A DNA stretch of 64,000 nucleotides from Gammaproteobacteria bacterium (GTDB lineage Bacteria > Pseudomonadota > Gammaproteobacteria > Eutrophobiales > Eutrophobiaceae). Location of the stretch: positions 1,408,001 through 1,472,000 of the forward strand of contig OZ244905.1 of NCBI GenBank assembly GCA_965221695.1. The letters are read 5' to 3'. Below are positions 20,685 through 30,223 of this stretch, piece by piece (the stretch's first letter is position 1; every line of letters starts with the position of its first letter). The translations under genes and the position numbers were made by a program. A model generated the notes under the pieces. It ran no database searches. It was given only the letters and a program-made list of their open reading frames with translations, and was not told the DNA's origin.

Positions 20685-20933
20685 CAAAGCTCTGAACAAG
20701 TCCATCCTGGACTTGCCAGAGCACGCAAAACAAAAATGCGATTTTTGTTTTGCTCCCAAAATCAATGCCTTATGGTCATTGATTTTGGCGATACATCCCT
20801 GTATCGCAGGAAACTCTGTCTTAAGCAGAGTTTCCTCAACAAAGCTCTGAACAAGTCCATCCTGGACTTTTCAGAGCGCTAAAAACATTTAGCATTTTAG
20901 AGATGGAAACGAAAAATGTCGATTTTTCATTTC
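20685..20933. mobile_element. Five-hairpin MITE-like element: full 151-bp unit (20685-20835) plus a variant partial unit (20840-20933)
   Basis: Near-identical to copies at 28597 and 37255; preceded by TTAA; ends in cagagtttcc. Confidence 0.75.
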
Positions 20934-20939
20934 TTCAGT

Positions 20940-23036
20940 TCACTTTTGCTCGCTCCACTGTTGAAAACTGCCACCGGATCGCGCCAATTGTTCCAGTAAC
21001 GCGGAAGGCGTCCACCACAGGTCGCCATAGCGGGAGCGGTATTTTTCAACTGCCGCCAGCACATTATCAAGACCGACCATGTCGGCATATTGCATGGGGC
21101 CGCCACGGTAGCGGGGCATGCCGTAACCATTGACGAAGATTACATCAATATCGCCGGACCGTATGGCAATCCCTTCTTCCAGCACGCGCGCGCCTTCGTT
21201 GATCATGGAATACAGCAGACGTTCGATGATTTCCTCATCGCTGACGTCGATTTGTTTCACGCCCAGCGATTGCGCTTCGCGCCGCGCCAGTTCCATCACC
21301 TCGGGATCAGGCACGGCTTTTCTTCCTTCGTAACGATAAGTCCCGGCGCCGGTCTTCTGGCCCAGACGCCCCATTTCAGCGAGCACAGAGATCATTCGGC
21401 AGTAAACCGGATCGTCGGGCCGGTCCTGCCATTCGTTATTCAGCTTGTAGAATATGTCGAGGCCGGACAGGTCCATCACCGCGTGCGGACCCATGGCCAT
21501 GCCCCAGTCAAACATAACCTGGTCGACCCGCTCAGGCGGGATACCTTCAAGCATCATTTGTTGCGCCTCCCTGATATAAGGGAAGAACATGCGGTTGCCG
21601 ACGAAGCCGAAGCAGACTCCCACCAGGACGCCCACTTTGCGTATTTTCTTTGCGATGCCCATGGCCGTTGCGATAACATCGGCGGCAGTCTGTTCGGCGC
21701 GTACGATCTCCAGCAACTTCATGATGTTGGCCGGCGCAAAGAAGTGCATGCCGATTACGTCCTGCGGGCGTTTCGTGACAGCGGCGATCTCATTCAGGTC
21801 CAGGCTGGAAGTATTGCTCGCCAGGATGGCGCCGTCTTTACAGACCTCATCCAGCTTTGCAAATACCTGCTTTTTTACCTCCATGTTCTCGAAAACGGCT
21901 TCGATTACCAGGTCAGCCCCTGCAATATCCCCATAATCGGTGGTCGGCGAGAACATTTCCATCGCCTGTTCCAGTTGTGCTTGTGTCCTGCGCCCCTTGT
22001 CGACCGCGACCGAGTAGTTGTTACGGATGATCCCCAACCCTCGCTCCAGGCCGGCCTGGTCTGCCTCGAGTAGCGTAACCGGCATACCGGCATTGACGAA
22101 GTTCATCGCAATGCCTCCCCCCATGGTGCCAGCGCCGATGACCGCTACGCTGTTTATCTCCCTGGCGGGGGTGGTTTTCGGGACATCAGGTATCTTTGCG
22201 GTTTCCCGTTCCGCAAAGAACAGGTGGCGTTGCGCCTGGGAATGGGTGGAGGACTTGCACTCACTGAACAGCCGCCGTTCCGTTATCACCGCGTCCGCGT
22301 AGGATTGATTCACGGCTGCCCGCACACATTTAAGGATCTGGAACGGGGCGAAGAAACCCCGGGCCTTGCGCGCCAGTTGCTGCTCATACTCGGCGTAAAA
22401 CGCATCATCCATACCCGTTGCGTCGACATCAAGTTGGCTCACCCGTTTCAGCGGCGCCGCATCGGCCAGCAATTCAGTGGCGTAAGCGATGGCGCCGGCG
22501 CGTAAATCACCTTCAACCAGCTTTTCGATTATGCCGGCCTCCAGCGCTTCCGCGGCGCCGACCTGGCGACCTGAAGTCATCATCTCCAGCGCCTTGCGCG
22601 CGCCAACCAGGCGCGGCAGCCGTTGTGTGCCGGTGGCGCCGGGCAGCAGACCGAGGTGTACTTCCGGGAGTCCCACTCTCGCGCCGGGCAACGCACAACG
22701 GTAATGGCAACCCATGGCCGTCTCCAGGCCGCCACCCAGGGCAGTGCCGTGGATAGCAGCCACGATCGGCTTCTCCGAGGCCTCGAATTTCTCCACCAGT
22801 TCCGGCAACCAGGGATCTGCAATGGGTTTGTCGAATTCAGTGATGTCAGCGCCGGCGATGAACGTTCTGCCCGCGCAGATCAGCACTACGGCCCTGGCCG
22901 CGTCATCGGCTGCGAGCCGCTCCAACGCATCCCAGCAACCTTTCCTGACTGCCGCAGACATCGCATTCACGGGTGGATTATCAATGGTAATGACGGCAAT
23001 GCTGTCTTCGATTTCGTAGCTGATTGTAGCTGGCAT
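20940..23036 (-). CDS. Bifunctional enoyl-CoA hydratase / 3-hydroxyacyl-CoA dehydrogenase
   Basis: IDNPPVNA, FIAGADI, GGGLETA, VIGAGTMGGGIA, ASNTSSL, GMHFF. Confidence 0.92.
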   Translation of the reverse strand: MPATISYEIEDSIAVITIDNPPVNAMSAAVRKGCWDALERLAADDAARAVVLICAGRTFIAGADITEFDKPIADPWLPELVEKFEASEKPIVAAIHGTALGGGLETAMGCHYRCALPGARVGLPEVHLGLLPGATGTQRLPRLVGARKALEMMTSGRQVGAAEALEAGIIEKLVEGDLRAGAIAYATELLADAAPLKRVSQLDVDATGMDDAFYAEYEQQLARKARGFFAPFQILKCVRAAVNQSYADAVITERRLFSECKSSTHSQAQRHLFFAERETAKIPDVPKTTPAREINSVAVIGAGTMGGGIAMNFVNAGMPVTLLEADQAGLERGLGIIRNNYSVAVDKGRRTQAQLEQAMEMFSPTTDYGDIAGADLVIEAVFENMEVKKQVFAKLDEVCKDGAILASNTSSLDLNEIAAVTKRPQDVIGMHFFAPANIMKLLEIVRAEQTAADVIATAMGIAKKIRKVGVLVGVCFGFVGNRMFFPYIREAQQMMLEGIPPERVDQVMFDWGMAMGPHAVMDLSGLDIFYKLNNEWQDRPDDPVYCRMISVLAEMGRLGQKTGAGTYRYEGRKAVPDPEVMELARREAQSLGVKQIDVSDEEIIERLLYSMINEGARVLEEGIAIRSGDIDVIFVNGYGMPRYRGGPMQYADMVGLDNVLAAVEKYRSRYGDLWWTPSALLEQLARSGGSFQQWSEQK

Positions 23037-23128
23037 GGATATTTACTGTCCTGTTGTTGTCTCAGGGCAGTAATCCTAATCGGTATCGGTTGATATGACA
23101 ACCTCGCGGATATACCTTTCCGGCTATA

Positions 23129-23596
23129 TCAGGTGGGAATGGGCAGCTCCGTTCTTTTCGTCACCGCGCGCAAAGCGAAGCTGGACCTGACCCGCGCGAC
23201 ACCGGGCAATGCAGTCAACTGTTCATGGTGGATGCGTTCATAATCGGCTGCGTCTGCGACGACGACGCGCAACAGGTAATCGTATTCGCCGGACATCAGG
23301 TAGCACTCCATGACTTCAGGGACCTGGGCCAGGGCGGCTTCGAATGCATCCTGGTCTTCCCGGCGCTGTCGGTTCAGCGCGATTTCCACGAACACATTTC
23401 CCGGCAACCCAACCGCCGCCTGGTTGATCAGCATCGCAAAGCCACCAATCACGCCGGCCTGCTCCAGTAACCTGACCCGGCGCAGGCACGCGGACTCAGA
23501 CAAATTGACCCGCTGCGCGAGCCGAACATTACTGATGCGGCCATCCAGTTGCAGTTCATGCAGAATAGCGTGATCTGTCCTATCCAGTGATAACAT
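23129..23596 (-). CDS. Lrp/AsnC family regulator (probable ald regulator)
   Basis: LDRTDHAILHELQLDGRISN..LA.RVNLSESACLRRV; divergent from ald. Confidence 0.9.
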   Translation of the reverse strand: MLSLDRTDHAILHELQLDGRISNVRLAQRVNLSESACLRRVRLLEQAGVIGGFAMLINQAAVGLPGNVFVEIALNRQRREDQDAFEAALAQVPEVMECYLMSGEYDYLLRVVVADAADYERIHHEQLTALPGVARVRSSFALRAVTKRTELPIPT

Positions 23597-23764
23597 TAGA
23601 ATTATATTTGATAATTTTAGATAAATTATAAGAATAATTCTAATTATACACGATATTATCCAATATTTTGCAAAGAAATTCTCTTCACTTTTGACTAGAC
23701 TTCTGTCTCAGAAACCTCTGGATTTAGCCAGATATTCGGGTTAACCCAACCAGGAGCAAACACG

Positions 23765-24883
23765 ATGCAGATCGGAGTACCCAAAGAGACCAAGAACCAT
23801 GAATACCGTGTGGGTCTGACGCCGGCCGGAGTGCAAGAGCTGGTACAGGCGGGACACCAGGTATTGGTCGAAACCAATGCCGGCAACGCGATCGGCATGT
23901 CCGACGCCGATTATGTCGGCGCCGGCGCGGCGATTGTTGCCAACGCACGCCAGGTGTTTGCCGGGGCCGACCTGATCATAAAGGTAAAGGAGCCCCAACC
24001 CGATGAATGCCGGCTGTTGCGCCCGGGTCAGACCTTGTTCACCTACCTGCACCTGGCGCCGGACCCGCTGCAGACCAGGTTGCTGCTGGACTCCGGCGCC
24101 ATCGCGATTGCTTATGAAACGGTCACCGCGCCGGACCGGACGCTGCCTTTACTCGCTCCCATGAGCGAGGTGGCGGGGCGGCTGTCGGTACAGGCAGGGG
24201 CGCACTGCCTGGAAAAAGCGCAAGGCGGTTCCGGCGTGCTGCTGGGCGGCGTCCCGGGCGTGGCGCCGGCCAAGGCGCTGGTCATCGGTGGCGGTGTAGT
24301 GGGCGATAATGCCGCGGCCATGGCCTTGGGGATGGGCGCCGACGTGACCTTGCTGGATTGTTCCCTGCCGCGCCTGCGCCAACTCGACGCGGAATACGGC
24401 GGACGGGTCAAATGCGTTTATTCAACCCGGGATGCCATTGAAGACTATGCGCTTCAGGCTGACCTGGTCATCGGGGCAGTCCTGCGTCCGGGCGCCACGG
24501 CGCCGAAATTAATCGGAAAAGACCTGGTCAGACGCATGAAGCACGGTTCGGTCCTGGTTGACGTCGCCATTGACCAGGGAGGATGTTTCGAAACCTCCAG
24601 GCCGACCACGCACCAGGCGCCTACTTATATCGTCGATGGCGTCGTGCATTATTGTGTCGCGAACATGCCCGGCGCAGTCCCGCGTACTTCCACGCTTGCC
24701 CTGAATAACGCAACCATGCCTTATATCAGGGCGCTGGCTGACAAGGGTGTGAAGCAGGCCTTAACGGAAGACCGCGGATTACGCAACGGCTTGAATGTCT
24801 ACCAGGGTCGCATCACCTGTGAAGCGGTGGCGAACGATCTTCATTACGATTACCTGCCGGCCGTGGAGGCTTTGGCCGCCTGA
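23765..24883 (+). CDS. ald: Alanine dehydrogenase
   Basis: [48 protein letters not shown]. Confidence 0.97.
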   Translation: MQIGVPKETKNHEYRVGLTPAGVQELVQAGHQVLVETNAGNAIGMSDADYVGAGAAIVANARQVFAGADLIIKVKEPQPDECRLLRPGQTLFTYLHLAPDPLQTRLLLDSGAIAIAYETVTAPDRTLPLLAPMSEVAGRLSVQAGAHCLEKAQGGSGVLLGGVPGVAPAKALVIGGGVVGDNAAAMALGMGADVTLLDCSLPRLRQLDAEYGGRVKCVYSTRDAIEDYALQADLVIGAVLRPGATAPKLIGKDLVRRMKHGSVLVDVAIDQGGCFETSRPTTHQAPTYIVDGVVHYCVANMPGAVPRTSTLALNNATMPYIRALADKGVKQALTEDRGLRNGLNVYQGRITCEAVANDLHYDYLPAVEALAA

Positions 24884-24893
24884 AAAACAGCGC

Positions 24894-25616
24894 TCAGTAC
24901 ATATGCTGGCCGCCATTGATGCTCAGGGTCGAGCCGGTAATAAATCCCGCTTCATCACCGACCAGAAACAACACCCCGCGGGCGATTTCTTCGGCCTTGC
25001 CCAGACGGCGCACAGGAATCTTGGCGATGATTTTTTCCAGCACGTTCTCCGGCACTGCCCGAACCATGTCGGTGTCAATATAGCCCGGCGCAATCGCATT
25101 GACTGTTATCCCCTTGGCCGCGCCTTCCTGAGCCAATGCCTTGGTAAACCCATGTATGCCAGACTTGGCGGCCGCATAATTCACCTGACCGTACTGACCC
25201 GCCTGGCCGTTGATTGAACCGATATTCACGATACGGCCGAAACCGCGCTCGCGCATACCATCGATGACACACCGTGACATATTGAAGCAGGATCCCAGGT
25301 TGGTCTGGATCACCCTGTCCCACTGCTCGAAATCCATCCTGTGCATAGTGCCGTCTCGGGTAACACCCGCATTGTTGACCAGCACATCCACCGAACCCAG
25401 GTCCTGCTCTATCTGGGTAACGGCATCCCGGCACGCATCGTAATCACCTACATCGAACTTGTACACGTTAATCTTGGTGACATCCTGGAACCTGGCTGCT
25501 GCCTCGTCGTTGCCGACATAACTTGCCGCCACATGGTATCCCGCTTTCTTCAGGGCGATTGAAATGGCCCCGCCGATACCCCGGGTGCCGCCTGTTACTA
25601 CTGCTACTCTTGCCAT
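24894..25616 (-). CDS. phbB: Acetoacetyl-CoA reductase
   Basis: VTGGTRGIG, NNAGVTRD, GQYGQVNYAAAKSG, INGGQHMY. Confidence 0.9.
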   Translation of the reverse strand: MARVAVVTGGTRGIGGAISIALKKAGYHVAASYVGNDEAAARFQDVTKINVYKFDVGDYDACRDAVTQIEQDLGSVDVLVNNAGVTRDGTMHRMDFEQWDRVIQTNLGSCFNMSRCVIDGMRERGFGRIVNIGSINGQAGQYGQVNYAAAKSGIHGFTKALAQEGAAKGITVNAIAPGYIDTDMVRAVPENVLEKIIAKIPVRRLGKAEEIARGVLFLVGDEAGFITGSTLSINGGQHMY

Positions 25617-25708
25617 GGTGTTTACCTCTGATTAAATCGCGTAGTATAGCATCAACGGGAAAGTGGAATAATAATGCTATACTTGATAGTAACCATATGG
25701 CCATTGCA

Positions 25709-27034
25709 ATGAAACTTCTTCGGGTTAGGTCTGCTTTCTCAGCGTTTTTACTGCTGTTCGGGATGTGCTGCCATGCGGCCAATGCGCCTGCCGATACAGA
25801 TAATCAAGCTCAGACCGCGGCTGAACTGACCCGGTCGATCGCGGATTACGAACAGGAAATCCAGGCCCGGGAGGCGGAATACGGCGTTTACGATCCGGCC
25901 ACGGGTGAATACCTGTTATCCGTCGGCCTGGTATACCAGAATGCCGGCAGGCACCAGGAAGCGGCCGATGCATTCAACCGCGCCCTGCAAATCAAGCGGG
26001 TTAACGAAGGATTGCAAAGCGCCGGGCAGTTACTCATCTTAGAACAACTCATCAAAAGCAATATCGCCAGGGCGGATTGGGAGGAAGTGGATCGCAACTA
26101 TCAGCAGCTATTGTGGATTCACAAGCGTAATTATGAGCCCGGCGACCCCCGGTTGCTGCCGGTCGTGGATACGGTCGGGCGCTGGAAGTTGAAGGCCTAC
26201 AAGGAAAACCTGCTCGATAGCAGCGCAATCAGGATAATCGGTGAATCCGAAAAACTGTTCAAGGATACGATCAATATCCTGGAACGCCAGTATGGCGAAA
26301 ACGACCCGAGGCTGATCAACCCTCTATACGGCAGGGCATTGACGAATTACCAGTATGCGATAGAAGTTGCCAATACCCCGCAGGATGAGTTTCGCGGCGC
26401 CGGCAGTCCGACCAGGACCCAGGTGATATGCCGCACCGTCCCGACCGCAAACGGCGGCGCCAGACGCATCTGCAACACCATCAGGGTACCTGATCCGAGT
26501 TACTACGCCAGCCAGAGCAGCAACAAGGACTTCGCGTTGGGGCAACGTCTTGTCTCGGTAGGCAAGGCATTGCAGCATATTATACTAATCCATGAAGCCA
26601 ATCCGGACCTGCCTGAGGATTCCCATGCCCGGGCGCTGGCGCACCTGGGCGACTGGAACCTTCTCAGGGGCAAGAAAACCACGGCCTACAAGAACTACAA
26701 GGCCGCCTACGAATTGCTCGTGGACAGTGACGAGTACCAGGAAGTGATTGACGAATTATTCGGCAAACCGCAGAACCTGCCGGCCCTGCGCCTGCCTCTG
26801 CCCGAGATAGATCAGAAACTGGAAGAAGACAAGACCACATCCGTTCTTGCCTCGTTTGACGTGTCGCGTACCGGGCGCGCAAAAAATGTGCAGATTATCG
26901 AATCTGAACCGCCGGACGCGACTTCAGCCCGCAGGAAAGCCAAGAAAACCATCCGCGGGCGTTTGTACCGGCCACGTTTTGAGAAAGGCGAGCCGGTGGA
27001 CACGGTGGGGAATAAAATCCGTATAGTAGATTAG
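25709..27034 (+). CDS. Secreted TPR-repeat protein with C-terminal TonB-like domain
   Basis: Signal peptide MKLLRVRS...CCHAA; TPR-like helices; ASFDVSRTGRAKNVQIIES..YRPRFEKGEPV; start uncertain (25697 or 25709). Confidence 0.7.
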   Translation: MKLLRVRSAFSAFLLLFGMCCHAANAPADTDNQAQTAAELTRSIADYEQEIQAREAEYGVYDPATGEYLLSVGLVYQNAGRHQEAADAFNRALQIKRVNEGLQSAGQLLILEQLIKSNIARADWEEVDRNYQQLLWIHKRNYEPGDPRLLPVVDTVGRWKLKAYKENLLDSSAIRIIGESEKLFKDTINILERQYGENDPRLINPLYGRALTNYQYAIEVANTPQDEFRGAGSPTRTQVICRTVPTANGGARRICNTIRVPDPSYYASQSSNKDFALGQRLVSVGKALQHIILIHEANPDLPEDSHARALAHLGDWNLLRGKKTTAYKNYKAAYELLVDSDEYQEVIDELFGKPQNLPALRLPLPEIDQKLEEDKTTSVLASFDVSRTGRAKNVQIIESEPPDATSARRKAKKTIRGRLYRPRFEKGEPVDTVGNKIRIVD

Positions 27035-27120
27035 ACACCATGTTTGAACTTTCGTACAAGCTCAGACATGGTGTCTTCGGGTTAGCCCAGCGCGTCGCCG
27101 GAAAAAATTTTGACGCCAGC

Positions 27121-27153
27121 CCGGTATCGCGGGCGGAACGCCCGCGATACCGG
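27121..27153. repeat. Perfect 15-bp inverted repeat (REP-like or bidirectional terminator)
   Basis: ccggtatcgcgggcg-gaa-cgcccgcgataccgg between convergent genes; related motifs at 34626-34725. Confidence 0.65.
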
Positions 27154-27166
27154 AGTGGACTTAACG

Positions 27167-28564
27167 TCATTGATTGTCGTTACGCAAGAGATCGACATCC
27201 TCGGTGTCCGGCATCAGCACGAACTCTGGATAGGACTCGATTCCCAATTCTGCCGAATCCTGGCCGAGTTCCTCTACCTCGGCAGACACCCTGACTCCAA
27301 TGGTCTTTTCGATTGCGTACCAGATGATCAATGAAACCAGGAAAACATAAACACCAACGCTAAAAATGCCGGTAAGCTGCGCCTTCAGGTCTCCACCGGC
27401 GGCAATGCATACAGCGAGCGTACCCCAGATACCGGCAAACAGGTGCGCGGAGATCGCGCCGACCACATCATCCACCTTCAATCCTTCCAGCAGCTTCATT
27501 CCCAACACACAGATGACCCCGCCAACCAGGCCGATAATGATTGCCCAGGTGTGGGCGACGATATCCGGCCCGGCGGTAATCGATACGAGCCCGGCAATTG
27601 CGCCGTTCAGGCCGGCCAACAGGTCTACCCGGCCCAATAGCGGCCTTGAAACACTGAGCGCCGCAATCACGCCGGCCGCCGCCGCCAGGTTGGTGTTGAC
27701 CAGCACGTTGCTCATTGCCACTGCATCTACAGCGCCGCCCAACGCCAGTTGTGAACCGCCGTTGAACCCGAACCAGCCCAGCCACAGGATAAAAACACCC
27801 AGGGTGACGATAGGAATATTGGAAGGCGGCGTGGGCTTGACGCTGCCATCGGCGCGATATTTTCCAAGCCGCGGGCCAACTATCAGCGCACCGGCCAGCG
27901 CGGCCCAACCCCCGGTCGAATGCACAATTGTGGAACCGGCAAAGTCCTGAAAACCCATCTCGTCAAGCCAGCCTCCTCCCCAGGTCCAGGCGCCGACGAT
28001 GGGGTAGATAGCGCCGGCCAGACAAGCCGTAAACAGCAGGAATGACCACAACTTTACCCGTTCCGCCATGGTGCCGGAAACAATGGAGGCCGTGGTCGCG
28101 ACGAACACCATCTGGAAGAACCAGTCGGACATTACGGAATAGCCGTTATCGATCACCGCCGCTTTGGCGCCCTCATCGCCAGACAGCAGCGCAAGCTCCT
28201 CCGCCGACGGGCCGTAAGTGAAGCTGAACGAACCGATCCAGCCGGACACATCCGTGTACATCAGGTTGTAGCCCAGCAGGTAGTACATCAGGCCGGCGAT
28301 GGAATAGAGCCCGATGTTCTTCAGGCAGATCACCGAAGCGTTCTTGGTGCGCACCGACCCCGCTTCCAGCATGGTGAAGCCGGCGCACATCCACATTACC
28401 AGCGCGCCCCAGACCAGAAATGAAAACGTATTGAAGATGAACTGCAATTCCTGCTCTACCGCGGCAAAGGCGCAGAATGAAGCAAGCAGTAAAACAAACC
28501 CGGTCAGCAATCTTAGCGGCAGCGTCGAGCGACGGAAACACAGAATGGAATTATCGCGTTTCAT
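27167..28564 (-). CDS. amtB: Ammonium transporter
   Basis: WFFQMVFVATTASIVSG..AER, DFAGSTIVH, WFGFNGGS, DDVVGAISAH. Confidence 0.93.
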   Translation of the reverse strand: MKRDNSILCFRRSTLPLRLLTGFVLLLASFCAFAAVEQELQFIFNTFSFLVWGALVMWMCAGFTMLEAGSVRTKNASVICLKNIGLYSIAGLMYYLLGYNLMYTDVSGWIGSFSFTYGPSAEELALLSGDEGAKAAVIDNGYSVMSDWFFQMVFVATTASIVSGTMAERVKLWSFLLFTACLAGAIYPIVGAWTWGGGWLDEMGFQDFAGSTIVHSTGGWAALAGALIVGPRLGKYRADGSVKPTPPSNIPIVTLGVFILWLGWFGFNGGSQLALGGAVDAVAMSNVLVNTNLAAAAGVIAALSVSRPLLGRVDLLAGLNGAIAGLVSITAGPDIVAHTWAIIIGLVGGVICVLGMKLLEGLKVDDVVGAISAHLFAGIWGTLAVCIAAGGDLKAQLTGIFSVGVYVFLVSLIIWYAIEKTIGVRVSAEVEELGQDSAELGIESYPEFVLMPDTEDVDLLRNDNQ

Positions 28565-28596
28565 CAGAATTTCCCCCCAATGTTATTGTAGTATGA

Positions 28597-28747
28597 GGAA
28601 CCTCTGATTAAGTCAGAGGTTCCTACGATACAAGGATGTATCGTCAATATCAATGACTGTAAGGCATTGATATTGTGAGGAAAACAAAAATCGCATTTTT
28701 GTTTTCCGTACTCTGACAAGTCCAGGATGGACTTGTTCAGAGTTTCC
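28597..28747. mobile_element. Five-hairpin MITE-like element, inverted orientation
   Basis: Reverse complement matches the 37379-37529 unit; ends GGAACCTCTGA / TCAGAGTTTCC. Confidence 0.78.
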
Positions 28748-28755
28748 CAAAATAA

Positions 28756-29415
28756 CTATCCGCTCAGCATCAGATTTACGCCGTCAAGCATGAATTCGAT
28801 CAGCGGATACATAATTTTCCCAAGAATACCGGTTACGATCAGGACAACCAGGATAGGCAGGCCCCAGCGTTCCAGCAAATTATACTTGCGCGCCGCTTCA
28901 GGAGGGAGAAAAGCTGTGACAATACGGCTACCGTCCAGGGGCGGCAACGGCAAAAGGTTCAGCGCAATCAATACCACATTGATGATAACCCCGAATTTCG
29001 CCATTTCAATCAACAGGTACTCCTGGTAGGAAACAGTCTGAAGTCCCGTAAGCAGAATGGATAGCAGCAGCGTCCAGAGCAGCAACATAATGACATTGGC
29101 TCCCGGTCCAGCCGCCGCGACCAGCGCCATGTCGCGCCTCGGTTGCTTCAGGTTATGCCAGTCCACCGGGACCGGCTTGGCCCAGCCGAAGGCAAACGGC
29201 GTCAGGGCGATCATTATCAGTGGCAAGACCACAGTGCCCAGCGGATCGATGTGCTTCACCGGGTTCAGTGTCAGCCGACCGGCCAACCTGGCTGTAGGGT
29301 CGCCCAGTTTGCCCGCTACCCAGCCATGAGCAACTTCATGCACAGTGATCGCAAACACGATGGGCAGCGCGGCGATGACTATTTTTTCCAGCAGGGAAAG
29401 TTCGAACAAGGGCAT
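28756..29415 (-). CDS. Site-2 protease (M50) family protein
   Basis: HEVAHG, GWAKPVPV, NLLPLPPLDG. Confidence 0.9.
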   Translation of the reverse strand: MPLFELSLLEKIVIAALPIVFAITVHEVAHGWVAGKLGDPTARLAGRLTLNPVKHIDPLGTVVLPLIMIALTPFAFGWAKPVPVDWHNLKQPRRDMALVAAAGPGANVIMLLLWTLLLSILLTGLQTVSYQEYLLIEMAKFGVIINVVLIALNLLPLPPLDGSRIVTAFLPPEAARKYNLLERWGLPILVVLIVTGILGKIMYPLIEFMLDGVNLMLSG

Positions 29416-29420
29416 CCGGA

Positions 29421-29609
29421 TCAGTTCCGGGCCAAGAAGATCAGAAACACGATGAACAGGACTACAATGCCAACAGGGAGCAGCGCGCCGGACCAGTCCG
29501 GATTCTCCGCTTCCTTGCTTTTTTTCATCGCGGCTTTGGCGCCGGGCCAGAAAAAAAACAATACGCCCGCAGCAAGAATGCCAACCAGGATCTGCTCAAA
29601 TAGCCCCAT
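29421..29609 (-). CDS. Small 2-TM membrane protein
   Basis: 62 aa with two hydrophobic segments; ends 5 bp before the protease gene. Confidence 0.7.
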   Translation of the reverse strand: MGLFEQILVGILAAGVLFFFWPGAKAAMKKSKEAENPDWSGALLPVGIVVLFIVFLIFLARN

Positions 29610-29809
29610 AAGGGTTAACGCCGCTGATACGCAAATGTATCAGATACACAAGTCATAGTTGTACCGGCGCCATCGCGCCGACTTCTTCAGGCATATCTTT
29701 CCCAGCCCGATACCGGAGAACTGCATAGTCATCACGACGCAGACCCGACAATAACAGATCTTAAACTAATCCCCGCCGTAACGGGGTTTACCAAGCGAAA
29801 ATTACCTGT

Positions 29810-30019
29810 TCAGCTAATCACAACCACTTCCGTTGCATGAAATCCCTTCGGTCCTTGTTCAGCGGTATAGGAAACGCTCTGTCCTTCATTCAAAGTCTTG
29901 TAACCATCAGTTTTTATGGACGAATAATGCACAAAAATATCATCTCCACCGTCCGACGGCTCGATGAAACCAAATCCCTTGGCATTGTTGAACCATTTCA
30001 CGGTCCCCCTCATACTCAT
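29810..30019 (-). CDS. Cold-shock domain protein (CspD-like)
   Basis: [30 protein letters not shown]. Confidence 0.93.
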   Translation of the reverse strand: MSMRGTVKWFNNAKGFGFIEPSDGGDDIFVHYSSIKTDGYKTLNEGQSVSYTAEQGPKGFHATEVVVIS

Positions 30020-30223
30020 ACTGCTCTCCCCCTGAATAATTAAATTTCAGATTACTGGTTTCTGCTATCCTGGTGTGCGGCAGAGCAAAATTTGTCCCTG
30101 CCCGAAACCATGACAGCACATGGACAATAATAATCAATTTTTTCCCGTTTGCCAACAGTTTATTCAACAAATGTTTATTAGGAAAAAATAAACTGTCCGC
30201 TTTTGTCTTTACACCGAACTACG

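Noticed and set aside
20661-20765. N-terminal extension of the TonB receptor ORF (MILGAKQK...)
   Set aside because: It reads through the hairpin element; the signal-peptide-like sequence begins at ATG 20660.
25523-25696. Long N-terminus of the TPR/TonB ORF
   Set aside because: It overlaps the divergent phbB start and promoter; a signal peptide begins at 25697 or 25709.
27040-27334. Short ORFs spanning intergenic repeats (also 34522-34815, 45947-46309, 52286-52654)
   Set aside because: They are translations of palindromic repeat or promoter DNA with no protein motifs.
28597-28747. Hairpin elements as integron attC sites
   Set aside because: There are no RYYYAAC/GTTRRRY ends, no integrase, and the flanking genes are housekeeping genes.
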